The notes: generated by a model not told the origin, from the letters alone. A stretch of 64,000 bases of DNA from Clostridia bacterium (GCA_017504995.1 JAFVQC010000007.1:1846-65845); one strand, 5' to 3'; numbered from the stretch's first letter, positions 18,956 to 28,599 are shown. A program made the numbers and translations.

Positions 18956-19121
18956 ATTTCCTCTTTTCTGTCAAGCCGACGAGCCAAAATCTGCCAACCG
19001 ACCCGAACCACCGTTCGTTTTTTTATAGTATACCATTTTTTTCCCTTCCCCGCAACAGTTTTTTTGCAATCGATAAAATTTTTTCGGACAAAAAATCAAA
19101 AACAATAAAATTACGAACACC

Positions 19122-19150
19122 TTGACAATCTTATAAAAACATGTTATAAT
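19122..19150 (+). promoter_or_regulatory. Consensus SigA promoter (extended -10)
   Basis: TTGACA (19122-19127), 17-nt spacer, TGtTATAAT (19142-19150). Confidence 0.7.
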
Positions 19151-19220
19151 GATTTACGTATATGTTGAAAGACCTTCATTTTTATATCAACGACGGAATT
19201 TTTCAGAAAGGATCTTTGCC

Positions 19221-20561
19221 ATGACATCCGAAAATCAGATCGGACGACGCGAAAAATGCAAGCTTTTCCGTGGCGCTGCGTCTCTGTCGCCCGAGCAAAA
19301 CCGTGTCTTGAATATTTTTTCATACAGTATGCTGTTCGGTACCTTCGCGGCTATGCTCGGTATCATTCTGTATTACGTATACGCCTTTGCCTCTCTCTAT
19401 CACGGCAATAGCGATTTCAATTGGCTGCTTGGCATTTTTTCGGACTTCGTTTCGATCATGAACGCGGCGCTTGCGGACAGCCCCTATCTCCTTGAGGACG
19501 GCGCGTCCTATCCCGCTATTGCCATTTTGGTTCTCTATCCCTTCGCGTGGATCTGCCGCAGTGTGTTTTCCTCTTACGCGGGAATCGAGGGCATGGATAT
19601 CGACGAGCTGACCTCTCGCGTGATCCGCCATTCGGAATTTTGGGTTGCGTTGGTGCTCTTCTTCTTGATCTGCATTTCGTCCATTTTGATCATTCTCATC
19701 AAAAAATACAAGCTCGGTCCCATCGCCTCCCTCAAAGCGGCGATCGCGGTGATCACCTCCGCCCCCTTCGTCTATGCGATCATGCGAGGAAACACCATCT
19801 ACTTCGCGCTGATCTTCTTGCTTTTGTTCCTTCTGCTTTACGACAGCCCCAAGGCGTGGGTTCGGGAAATCGCCTACCTTTGTCTTGCGCTGGCAGGCTC
19901 TATCAAGATCTACCCCCTGTTCTTCGGCGTGTTCCTTTTGAGAAAGAAAAAGATCTTCGCGTCCTGTCGCGTGGCGGTATACTTCGGAGCGATCTCCCTG
20001 ATCGCCTTCTACTTCTTCCCTGCGGGAATGGGCGACTTTGACGTATTTTTGGACAATCTTGGCGGCTTTATGTCGGACACGGAGCGACTGCTTTCCATGA
20101 GAAATCTCTCCGCATCCTCTCTGCTCTATAAGCTCGTCTACCTTTTCTCCCCCGCGGCAACCGAAACGACAGCCTTCAACGTTGTCAATCTGGCGATTTT
20201 GATCCTCATTTTCCTTGTAGCTTCTGTCACTGCCGTCGCCTCGCGCTCTCGGTTTTCCCGTTCGGTCATCGCATCCGCCGTGGTCATTCTGATCCCCACC
20301 ATTTCCTACTTCTACGTCCTGATCTTCCAGATCATTCCCTTTATGGAATATCTGATGACCTACGGACAGCTTCCCACGTGGAAAAAGCGGTTGTACGGAT
20401 GCTTGTTTATGTTCCAATTCCTGTCCTTCTTCCTGCTTCCTCAATGCTTTATCCCCCACGCGCTGACCGTCATCGTCATGATGGTTTTGGAGGAAAAGGA
20501 AGCCGTCAGCAAGGATCTCATTCCTTTCTTTCAGAAAAAAGCCTCTGCAAAAGCAGAGTGA
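19221..20561 (+). CDS. Polytopic membrane protein, possible GT-C type glycosyltransferase (DUF2029/GT87-like)
   Basis: 446 aa from ATG 19221 (MTSENQIGRRE). At least 10 TM helices. The motif GSIKIYPLFFGVFLLRKKK is reminiscent of DUF2029, but the family call is tentative. Confidence 0.6.
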   Translation: MTSENQIGRREKCKLFRGAASLSPEQNRVLNIFSYSMLFGTFAAMLGIILYYVYAFASLYHGNSDFNWLLGIFSDFVSIMNAALADSPYLLEDGASYPAIAILVLYPFAWICRSVFSSYAGIEGMDIDELTSRVIRHSEFWVALVLFFLICISSILIILIKKYKLGPIASLKAAIAVITSAPFVYAIMRGNTIYFALIFLLLFLLLYDSPKAWVREIAYLCLALAGSIKIYPLFFGVFLLRKKKIFASCRVAVYFGAISLIAFYFFPAGMGDFDVFLDNLGGFMSDTERLLSMRNLSASSLLYKLVYLFSPAATETTAFNVVNLAILILIFLVASVTAVASRSRFSRSVIASAVVILIPTISYFYVLIFQIIPFMEYLMTYGQLPTWKKRLYGCLFMFQFLSFFLLPQCFIPHALTVIVMMVLEEKEAVSKDLIPFFQKKASAKAE

Positions 20562-20578
20562 TTTCCTCGGATACAAAG

Positions 20579-20622
20579 CAGCGTAGCTACGAGAACACTC
20601 CTCGTGGCTACGCTGTTTTTTG
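20579..20622 (+). terminator. Terminator, GCGTAGC-family hairpin
   Basis: CAGCGTAGC-tacgagaacactcctcgtg-GCTACGCTG followed by TTTTTTG. Confidence 0.8.
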
Positions 20623-20634
20623 TGAAACGAAAAC

Positions 20635-21075
20635 GGGTCGTCGAGGACGTCGACCCCTACCGTCTCTTAAAAAATATTATTTTTCGGTAGCCGTAATGAT
20701 CTTCATTGACCGTTGTTTCAAAAGGACGGTATCCGATGGTTTCCCTCAATCTTGGTAGGGGCGATTCAAGAATCGCCCGCGACAAACGATCGAATTTTTG
20801 CAATCAAACGGCGGGAGACAAGCCCCCGCCCTACGGTAAAACAATCGAATTTTCGCAATCAATCGGCGAACAGGAAAGGCATCGTTTACCGCAAGGTTCG
20901 TCTGTGGGTCATTCGTGAATAACCCCTACAAAAGAAAACACAATCCTTGGTAGGGGCGATTCAAGAATCGCCCGCAAAAATAACAAAATTCCGCAAACAA
21001 ACGGCAAACCAGAAAGGCATCGTTTACCGTAAGCCTTCCCCAATGGGGAAGGTGGATGCGACGAAGGAGCAGACG
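20635..21075. repeat. Cluster of five REP-like palindromes interleaved with modular repeats
   Basis: GTAGGG-headed palindromes at 20635-20660(-), 20755-20780(+), 20810-20834(-), 20906-20929(-) and 20950-20975(+). Between them lie the modules AATTTTCGCAATCAATCGGCGA, GGCATCGTTTACCG(C/T)AAG and CCTTCCCCAATGGGGAAGGTGGATG. Confidence 0.85.
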
Positions 21076-21222
21076 GATGAGGAGAATGGCATAGAACACA
21101 ACAAACGGCAAGCCGAGAACAATAATTTTTAATGTTAATGAAACACGGCAGGGGTCAACGGTCCATTTCGGTTGTCCACAAACAATAGAAATGAGAAATA
21201 CGATTTCCAAGAATTTGCGCGC

Positions 21223-21287
21223 AAGTTCTTGGAAGGGGTTTTAGGGGAAACCTTCTCGAAAGAAGGTTTCCTCTAACGCATCCTAAC
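21223..21287. repeat. Repeat family E copy 1 (hairpin GGAAACCTTCT-cgaa-AGAAGGTTTCC + CGCATCCTAAC), overlapping the ylmC 3' end
   Basis: About 80% identical by eye to 49055-49122. The ylmC stop codon (21273-21275) and its last codons lie inside the repeat. Confidence 0.8.
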
Positions 21288-21530
21288 TTCTAAAGGAGAA
21301 AGGCGAACGAGGATCGCGTCCTCGCCGATGCACTCGATCTTTGCCCATGGGATCGTCAGGTCGTTGGCGTGGCTCAAGCCGAGAAAGCCGCTGGGGCGTG
21401 AGACGACGAGGGCGGTGATCCTTCCGTCAGCGACGTTGAATTCAAAATCCACGGGGGTGCCGAGGCGCACGCCGTCACACAGGTTGATCACGTCCTTTTG
21501 GCGCAAATCGCAGGTGCTGAACCGTTCCAT
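21273..21530 (-). CDS. YlmC/YmxH family sporulation protein (PRC-barrel)
   Basis: 85 aa from ATG 21530 (AAGGAG RBS). MERFSTCDLRQKDVINLCDGVRLGTPVDFEFNVADGRITALVV... Confidence 0.85.
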   Translation of the reverse strand: MERFSTCDLRQKDVINLCDGVRLGTPVDFEFNVADGRITALVVSRPSGFLGLSHANDLTIPWAKIECIGEDAILVRLSPLEVRMR

Positions 21531-21599
21531 AAAAAAGCTCCTTTGCATTCGATATTACTATACCGTATGCAAAGGAGTTTTTCGGTTATTCCTGATTTT

Positions 21600-24299
21600 T
21601 TATTCGTCATTCCTTCTCTTGGGCAAAAGCAGCATCAGCAAGAAAAACAGCGCCGACGGAAGGAGCGCCAAGCCGAGATAGGGCAAGGACGGCAGGGATT
21701 CCACACCGAACAGTCCACCAAAGTCCCGCCACACAAAGCAAATCAGCAAAAACAGAACCAAGCAAAGGATGGTGGCAACGAGGGCTTTGTTTCGATAAAG
21801 CCGCCGATCCTGCGCGCCGTCAAGACCGATGAGGATCATGGCAGAAATCTGTAAGAAAACAAGAGCGATGAGAGAAACCTCTACCTTATCGTGATAGAGT
21901 CCTGCAATGCCTGTGAGGGCAAACAGCTCGGGCAAGATCAACAAGGCGGCAACTGCGCAGAACGACGCGATCAAGAGTACGGAATCTCCGACGAAAAACG
22001 CGCCCACGCTTTCACAGCGGTCGTACCGTTTATGAGAAGTCCGTTTTTCCCCTTGCCTCTTGGAAGCAAAGAACAAGAGAGCAAACAGATCCATCACACA
22101 CCCCAAAAGAACGATATGTCTGGCGTCCAGCGCTTCCTTTCCCAAAAACATGGGAACTGTCACGGCAAAGAGACGCATGATCTGCGTTGAAACCATATAG
22201 CGCAAAAAATCCGATAGATTGCGGGCGGCGCTTCGGGCGCTCGTCCGCGCCAGAGACAAGGAGGCAAGTCCCCCCTTCCCCTCCGAGGGACGAGGAACGA
22301 GACAGCTCGCCTTTCCCTTCACCGTTTGCGTGCAGGAACGGCTATTCTGATGTCCCGCGAGCTCCATTTGATGAATCTCCTCGTCCGCGCCCTTGGCGAT
22401 CCGTCCATGGATCGGCGCGCAAGAAACAAAGCCGTCGGCACGCGCGGCGATGGCAAAGGATTCCTCGGTAAAGCCAACTGCCATCACTCGCTTTCCCTTC
22501 GCGTGAACGTAGTCGATGAGCTTGATAATATCCGCATCCTCAAACTCGGAATAGGCGCGGATCTTTCCAAATTGATAAGTCAAGGGTAGATTGCGCGAAA
22601 GAAGCTCCTGCTTACTTATGGCTCGTCCCGCCAGCAATTCCTTGGGGATCGCAGGCGCGTTGCGCAGAGGGCGGTCAAAGGCAACGATCCGACACCCCTG
22701 CTTCTCCAATCGCGACCAGTTGCGCCCAAGATTGGGGTCTACCCCCTCGCGCAGAACCAAAATGCCAACGAAGCACGCATTGTCGGTTGTCATGCTGCCC
22801 TCGGACAAAGAAAACAGAACGGGCGTCCCGTTGGTGCTTTTATAATGCGCCCAAAGACGCTCCAGCCGCGCGCGGCCTTCGTCACTCAATATCTGCTTGC
22901 TTCCTCCAAGCATGGCGACGCGGCACGCCCCCAGCGCCTCGGGGGAGCAGGAAATATGTAAGGTATAGGGCACGCCTCTATCGGTAAAGCAAACCAGCTC
23001 CTCGGCGTGCTCCAGATTGGCGGGAATATAGGACGAAACCGAGCATCGGATCTGCAATGCTCCCTCGTCCACTCCCGACTGCCGCAGGAATTCGCGGATC
23101 GCCGAAAGATACTCCCCTGCCGTACTGATTCCCGTAGTCAAGGTTTTGGTGGCAGCGGTATGATACAGCGAGACCAGCTCGCACAGCGTCTTGGCGGTGC
23201 CACTCATGTTCTCATAGTTACGAAGCTCTCCGTCGGCGCAGATCGCCTCACCGAAATGAAGCACACCGTCACTCAGAACGCATCCGTCCAGCAAAAAGAG
23301 ATAGTCCGTGTCCTTCCACACCTCAAAGGCTTCGGCAGAACGGAACACCGCGGGGTGCGGCGCGTAAAGCAATTCTCTCGCCCGATGGGCGTAAAAGAGA
23401 CGAAACAGAACGAAGGAAAGCCTTGAGACGGTAGTTGCCGCCAATGCCAGCGCCGTTAGAAAGGCGTTGGACAAAAGCACCGTCCCACCGTCCAAATGGC
23501 TGAACAGCAGGCTCAAAAGGCAAAAGGGCAGAATGGCAAGGAGAAACACGAGATTGAACTTCGAGAAGGTCTTTTTGAGATGTCCGAGAGACGCGGGAAG
23601 TCCATCGCGGAAGGGCAACGGGATTCCACCCGTCATTGCCCCGAGGTAGGTATACTTCCCCACCGCCGTAACGATGGCGCGACCGCTTCCCGACACGACC
23701 TCCGAACCCGCGTGGATCATATTAAACAGCTCCGACGCGCGATGCTCGTTGGGACGGACGGGACCCTCTGCCGTTTTTTTCAGCGAGAGGAATCGTTCCC
23801 GATCCACACGCATCTTCACAGCAAGTCGATCCGAGGTGATCAGTCGGGCGTCGCAACAGATCACGTCGCCCTCCTCCACCAGAATCACATCGCCTACTGC
23901 CAACGCGCGGAAATCGATATGGAACAGCTTGCCGTTCCGAATAACCTTAACCGTGGGATAAAAGCAGGTAGCGAGAGTCTCCGAAAGCCGCCGCGTGCGA
24001 TAATACAGTCCCCATACCGCAAGCAGATTGCCAAGGGTGAGCAGAAGCACCACCCAACCGCTTCGAAACTCCTCAAAAAACAGAGAAAGCACCGCCGCCA
24101 GCAGCAAAAGGATCAAAGAGAAGTCGGAAAGGATCTCGGTCAAGAGGGACAGGGGGGAACGGCGAGGAAGATAAAACACACTCCCCGCCCCCCGATCGAC
24201 ACGAGAACGAGCCGCCTTACGGGAAAGTCCCGAGGCGGCGTTGGTTTTCAGTTTCTTTTCAATTTGTTCGATTGAAAGCGCAAACCATTTTTCGTTCAT
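21600..24299 (-). CDS. P-type ATPase homologue lacking catalytic motifs (degenerate cation ATPase-like membrane protein)
   Basis: 899 aa. Cation_ATPase_N-like start (LSIEQIEKKLKTNAASGLS), an A-domain-like VGDVILVEEGDVICCDARLI, and N- and C-terminal TM bundles. I find no DKTGT (the position reads LFLLDGCVLSDG), no TGES and no GDGxNDxP. Confidence 0.7.
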   Translation of the reverse strand: MNEKWFALSIEQIEKKLKTNAASGLSRKAARSRVDRGAGSVFYLPRRSPLSLLTEILSDFSLILLLLAAVLSLFFEEFRSGWVVLLLTLGNLLAVWGLYYRTRRLSETLATCFYPTVKVIRNGKLFHIDFRALAVGDVILVEEGDVICCDARLITSDRLAVKMRVDRERFLSLKKTAEGPVRPNEHRASELFNMIHAGSEVVSGSGRAIVTAVGKYTYLGAMTGGIPLPFRDGLPASLGHLKKTFSKFNLVFLLAILPFCLLSLLFSHLDGGTVLLSNAFLTALALAATTVSRLSFVLFRLFYAHRARELLYAPHPAVFRSAEAFEVWKDTDYLFLLDGCVLSDGVLHFGEAICADGELRNYENMSGTAKTLCELVSLYHTAATKTLTTGISTAGEYLSAIREFLRQSGVDEGALQIRCSVSSYIPANLEHAEELVCFTDRGVPYTLHISCSPEALGACRVAMLGGSKQILSDEGRARLERLWAHYKSTNGTPVLFSLSEGSMTTDNACFVGILVLREGVDPNLGRNWSRLEKQGCRIVAFDRPLRNAPAIPKELLAGRAISKQELLSRNLPLTYQFGKIRAYSEFEDADIIKLIDYVHAKGKRVMAVGFTEESFAIAARADGFVSCAPIHGRIAKGADEEIHQMELAGHQNSRSCTQTVKGKASCLVPRPSEGKGGLASLSLARTSARSAARNLSDFLRYMVSTQIMRLFAVTVPMFLGKEALDARHIVLLGCVMDLFALLFFASKRQGEKRTSHKRYDRCESVGAFFVGDSVLLIASFCAVAALLILPELFALTGIAGLYHDKVEVSLIALVFLQISAMILIGLDGAQDRRLYRNKALVATILCLVLFLLICFVWRDFGGLFGVESLPSLPYLGLALLPSALFFLLMLLLPKRRNDE

Positions 24300-24302
24300 T
24301 GT

Positions 24303-26615
24303 TTAAATACACTCGACAACAAGCTTGTCTTCTTTCTTTGAATACTTCAAGGCGATGCCCGCGATGCTTCTCGTATAATCCGCCACGATACGCTCCGCGA
24401 TCCGATCCTCCACCTCTCTGCAAATAAACCGACGCATATTCCGCGCGCCGAACTTGTGGGAATAGGACTTTCTTGCGATATACTCCACGGCGGGTTGCGA
24501 ATAGGTGAACAGAATGTTCTTTTCCGAAAGCGCAAGCTTCAGCTCGTCCAGCATGATGGCGGCGATCTTTCCGAAATCGTCCTCGGACAGAGAACGGAAG
24601 GTGATGATCTCGTCCACGCGGTTGATAAACTCGGGGCGAAGGAAGGCAGACAGCGCCTTCATGGTCTTATCCTGATCCACAGCGCCCTCGCTGGTGGCAA
24701 AGCCAACCGTTGCCGCCGCATGATCCGATCCCGCGTTGGTGGTCATGACCAGCACGGTATTTTCAAAGTTGACGGTCTTTCCGTGGGAATCGGTGATGCG
24801 ACCGTCGTCCAGAATCTGCAAAAGAATATTCAACACGTCGGGATGCGCTTTTTCGATCTCGTCAAACAGCACCACCGAATAGGGGCGGCGACGGATCTTT
24901 TCGGTGAGCTGACCCGCCTCGTCGTACCCCACGTATCCGGGGGGCGCTCCGATGATACGGGACACCGAATGCTTCTCCATAAACTCCGACATATCCAGTC
25001 GAATGAGGGTCTCGGGAGAGTGGAACAGATCAGCCGCAAGGGTCTTGACCAGCTCGGTCTTTCCCACGCCCGTAGGACCCGCGAAGATAAAGGACACGGG
25101 CTTCCGCTTATAAGAGATCCCCGCGCGGTTGCGCTTGATGGCTCTCGCCACCGCCTCTACCGCCTCGTTCTGTCCAATGATCCTCTTTTTGAGGCGTGTC
25201 TCCAGCTTATCGATCTGCTCGTATTCGTTCTCGGTGATATCGGTGGCGGGAACACCCGTCCAGACCTCGATCACCGCGGCAATATCTTCTTCTCCAAGGG
25301 TCACCGCCGCGCAGGACGGCTCCAATTCCCTCAGTCGCTCGGAGAGCTTCAGCTCCTTCGCCTTGATCTCGGCGATCTCCTCGTAGCACTTCTGCGCCTG
25401 CTTTTCCTCCGAGGGGGGACTTGCTTCCAAGCCTTCCCTTCTTTCCTTCAAGGTCAAAAGCTCCTCACGGATCTCTTGGGCTTCGTTGAGGGCAGAGCTG
25501 GTAAGCGACAGCTTGGATGCCGCCTCGTCCAGAAGGTCGATCGCCTTATCGGGCAAATACCGATCGGTAATATACCGTTCCGACAGCACCACTGCTCTCT
25601 TTACCACCTCGTCGGGAATCCGTATGGAATGGAATTCCTCGTAATAGTGCTTGATTCCCTCCAGCATCTTCACCGTCTCGTCGATGGACGGTTCGTTGAC
25701 CGTCACGGGCTGGAAGCGGCGCTCCAACGCGGAGTCCTTTTCAATATACTTCCGATATTCGTTGAGGGTGGTCGCGCCAATGAGACGGATCTCCCCGCGA
25801 GACAGGGCAGGCTTCAGAATATTGGCAGCGTTCACGCTTCCCTCCGCGTCCCCCGCGCCTACGATATTATGCACCTCGTCGATGACGAGAATGACGTTCC
25901 CCGCTTCCTTGACCTCACCGAGAAGTCCAAGGATCCTCGACTCAAACTGTCCGCGGAATTGCGTACCTGCCACAAGGGCGGTGAGATCCACAAGATAGAT
26001 CTGCTTTCCACGGAGCTTATAGGGCACGTTGCCGTCGGCGATCCGTTGCGCCAGCGCCTCTGCAATGGCGGTCTTACCCACACCAGGCTCGCCGATGAGG
26101 CAAGGATTATTCTTCTGTCGGCGGCAAAGGATCTGGATCACACGCTCCAGCTCCCGATCCCGTCCGATGATCCGATCCAGCTTCCCATTTGCCGCGCGTC
26201 TGGTGAGGTTACGGCAGTAGGTATCCAAAAATTTATACTTTTTCTTGGGCGCGTCTGACGAGGCGGCACGCTTGCCCTGTCCCTTGGGCGCGTTCTCCTG
26301 CTTCTCGGGCACGCCACCCTCCTTGAAGAGCTGGGGGAGATCGATGGCTGGCGCGCCGCCCTCCTCCAGATCGTCGTTCATGGAAGGGAGATTCTGTGAT
26401 TCGCTGAGGAAATTGTTGATCTCGTCCTCCATGTTCTCCAGCTGATCGGAGGAGATCCCCATCTGGTTCATCATATTCCCCAGCATATTATCCACGGGAA
26501 TACCGACCTCGCGGGCGCACTTGATGCAAAGCCCCTCGCCGATCTTATTTCCGTTTTCAATTTTATTGACGAATACCACAGCCACTCGCTTGTGGCACTT
26601 TGAACACATTACCAT
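24303..26615 (-). CDS. Clp/Hsp100 AAA+ ATPase (ClpC/ClpA-like) with an N-terminal zinc ribbon
   Basis: 770 aa. CSKCHKR...CIKCA at the N-terminus and no Clp_N repeats. Two Walker A sites ([24 protein letters not shown]) and a coiled-coil linker. Confidence 0.85.
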   Translation of the reverse strand: MVMCSKCHKRVAVVFVNKIENGNKIGEGLCIKCAREVGIPVDNMLGNMMNQMGISSDQLENMEDEINNFLSESQNLPSMNDDLEEGGAPAIDLPQLFKEGGVPEKQENAPKGQGKRAASSDAPKKKYKFLDTYCRNLTRRAANGKLDRIIGRDRELERVIQILCRRQKNNPCLIGEPGVGKTAIAEALAQRIADGNVPYKLRGKQIYLVDLTALVAGTQFRGQFESRILGLLGEVKEAGNVILVIDEVHNIVGAGDAEGSVNAANILKPALSRGEIRLIGATTLNEYRKYIEKDSALERRFQPVTVNEPSIDETVKMLEGIKHYYEEFHSIRIPDEVVKRAVVLSERYITDRYLPDKAIDLLDEAASKLSLTSSALNEAQEIREELLTLKERREGLEASPPSEEKQAQKCYEEIAEIKAKELKLSERLRELEPSCAAVTLGEEDIAAVIEVWTGVPATDITENEYEQIDKLETRLKKRIIGQNEAVEAVARAIKRNRAGISYKRKPVSFIFAGPTGVGKTELVKTLAADLFHSPETLIRLDMSEFMEKHSVSRIIGAPPGYVGYDEAGQLTEKIRRRPYSVVLFDEIEKAHPDVLNILLQILDDGRITDSHGKTVNFENTVLVMTTNAGSDHAAATVGFATSEGAVDQDKTMKALSAFLRPEFINRVDEIITFRSLSEDDFGKIAAIMLDELKLALSEKNILFTYSQPAVEYIARKSYSHKFGARNMRRFICREVEDRIAERIVADYTRSIAGIALKYSKKEDKLVVECI

Positions 26616-26642
26616 ACTGTTTTACTTTTCTCCTAAAAACAA

Positions 26643-27221
26643 TTACTGCTCCTTGCGCATTTGCCGCAACGTGCCCTTGTTGATCTCCTCGTGCTTCAGA
26701 TAGGCGTAATGCTTGATATACGCCGCGAAGGAGAAGATGGCAAAGCCGACGGCGGGCAGGAAGAGCAGAACCTCCAGTACCGCGTGCGCGTCGAAGAAGC
26801 TCTCAAACACTGTGGACAGAACGATGGTAGCGTAGAACAGACAAACCGTCAGCTTGCCGTACCACTTGCTGACCACCGCCACGCTGCGGCGGCGAATCAC
26901 GATCAGACCGATCAGCAGCGTGCAAACCTCTTTGAGGAAAAAGGGAATCACGAACCAAAGGGGGATGATATCCTTCACGCACAGACAGACAAGGACGGTG
27001 CATTGCATCAGCTTGTCGGCAAAGGGATCGAGAATCTTTCCGAGATTGGTGATCCAATTATATTTCCGTGCCAGATAGCCGTCCACCACGTCGGTAGCCC
27101 CCGCCAACAAAAAGACGAACAGCGCGCCGTAGACGTGATCGGTAAAGAACAGAGCCACGAACACGAACACAAGACAGATTCGGATCACGGAAAGAAGATT
27201 GGGAATGTTTTTCAGCTTCAT
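26643..27221 (-). CDS. pgsA: CDP-diacylglycerol--glycerol-3-phosphate 3-phosphatidyltransferase
   Basis: CDP-alcohol phosphatidyltransferase motif DVVDGYLARKYNWITNLGKILDPFADK. Start chosen at ATG 27221 (GAGGAAAAAG upstream, MKLKNIPNLLS). The track start 27251 is also possible. Confidence 0.85.
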   Translation of the reverse strand: MKLKNIPNLLSVIRICLVFVFVALFFTDHVYGALFVFLLAGATDVVDGYLARKYNWITNLGKILDPFADKLMQCTVLVCLCVKDIIPLWFVIPFFLKEVCTLLIGLIVIRRRSVAVVSKWYGKLTVCLFYATIVLSTVFESFFDAHAVLEVLLFLPAVGFAIFSFAAYIKHYAYLKHEEINKGTLRQMRKEQ

Positions 27222-27260
27222 TTTACTTTTTCCTCGCTTTTTCTTTTGCATATCGATGCG

Positions 27261-28559
27261 TTAATGGTTTTTAAATATCAGATATTCCGCCTTGGATTCT
27301 CCACAGACGAGGGCGGTATTCTCGTTATAGATCAGCATTTTGCCGTATCCCGTGGGCAGCTCCTCCCGTATTTCGGTAGACGGATCGAGCCGCGTAATCC
27401 CTCCTTCGGTTTGCAAGAACAGATACCCTCCGCAAACCGCGATATCCGACACGGCGGCGTCAACGGTATCATTATATAACAGACTTCCCGATTTGTCAAA
27501 TGCAAACACATAATTCTTCGACGCTTCGGTAGCGCATACGGCAACGCCTTCTTCGTCAATAGAAAATCCCGTTATCGTTCCATTCCAATAGTCGTCGCTC
27601 AGCTCCACCGTCTCAAGGACGTCGTCCAAGATCCGAATACAGCGATCGGTGACCACGGCAAAACGGTTGTTTTCCAAATAGCAGCACCCCAAGGGGAATT
27701 CCCCCTCGAAGGCCACGCTGTCGATCTGCTCCAGCGTATCGAACGCTCGCACCGAAAGGACGGTCCGCCCCGTTCCGTTTCCTGCGTCGTAATACAAAAA
27801 CGAAAGCAGGTTTTCCTTGGCGTTGATTTGAATGTCAAACACGTAATAGTCCGCGTTAATCTCTCTCAATTCCTTGAATCGCTTATCATACGTACGAATC
27901 ACCGAACGACTGTCGGCGCTTCGGGTCACAATGGCAAAGGAGCCGTCCGATCCAAGACAAGCGTCCGTTATGGGATAATCCAAGGTTTTGTTATACACTC
28001 GCGCGAAGGAATTGTAGATGGAAAAGGTGGTGCCCGAGGTATCGTAGATCAGCAGATACTGATCGGAGCTTATCGCGTAGGGGGAGGAAAAGCCCGAGGA
28101 CTCTCTTAGGGTTCTCCGCCCCGTGGCGGTAAAGATCGAGAGCCTTGAGGGACTCACCGTGGCAACACCGCCGCGATAGAGCGTGAAGGTTTGTCGGGAA
28201 TCCGATTCGTAGGATAGGGTTTCGTAGGTATTATTCCCCGCATCCGCCGCGCTCGTGAAGTCTTTGATCAAATAGAAAAAATTGTCGTAGGTGATCTCCT
28301 TGTAATTGGTGGCGATGGAAAAGACCATGAAAACCACGAAGAACAGCCAAAGAACACGCCCTGCGATCTTATAGCCTGCCGAAACCGTGGCGTAATAGGG
28401 ATCGCCCGCAGCGGTGAAGTCCTCGTGGCGAAGCACCTTTTCCTTTTGCGGCTCGGGATTGAAAAACGAACCGAGCTTGTGGGCAAAGGATTGCTCCGAC
28501 GAATCGGTATTCTCTTGTGCCGGATCGTTTTTCTTCCGACCTTGAAAAGGATGTTTCAT
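27261..28559 (-). CDS. Hypothetical membrane-anchored protein (possible DUF5711-type beta-propeller)
   Basis: 432 aa. One TM helix (VLWLFFVVFMVFSIA) followed by a repetitive beta-rich domain. The family assignment is uncertain. Confidence 0.6.
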   Translation of the reverse strand: MKHPFQGRKKNDPAQENTDSSEQSFAHKLGSFFNPEPQKEKVLRHEDFTAAGDPYYATVSAGYKIAGRVLWLFFVVFMVFSIATNYKEITYDNFFYLIKDFTSAADAGNNTYETLSYESDSRQTFTLYRGGVATVSPSRLSIFTATGRRTLRESSGFSSPYAISSDQYLLIYDTSGTTFSIYNSFARVYNKTLDYPITDACLGSDGSFAIVTRSADSRSVIRTYDKRFKELREINADYYVFDIQINAKENLLSFLYYDAGNGTGRTVLSVRAFDTLEQIDSVAFEGEFPLGCCYLENNRFAVVTDRCIRILDDVLETVELSDDYWNGTITGFSIDEEGVAVCATEASKNYVFAFDKSGSLLYNDTVDAAVSDIAVCGGYLFLQTEGGITRLDPSTEIREELPTGYGKMLIYNENTALVCGESKAEYLIFKNH

Positions 28560-28599
28560 GGTTTTCCTCCTTCCTCATGGATTTTTTGACTCCTCATCC

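Noticed and set aside
20706-21132. Short ORFs 20706..20918, 20713..20922 and 20947..21132. The same applies to 28608..28961, 37427..37627, 37470..37847, 47910..48440 and the N-terminal 88 codons of 37363..38247.
   Set aside because: They are translations of the dispersed REP and modular repeats. The same peptides recur because the DNA repeats. They use alternative start codons, have no RBS, and run through hairpins.
26643-27251. pgsA start at 27251 (MQKKKRGKSK...).
   Set aside because: There is no RBS and only 9 nt after the upstream stop. ATG 27221 has GAGGAAAAAG upstream and gives the usual PgsA N-terminus. This is kept as an alternative only.
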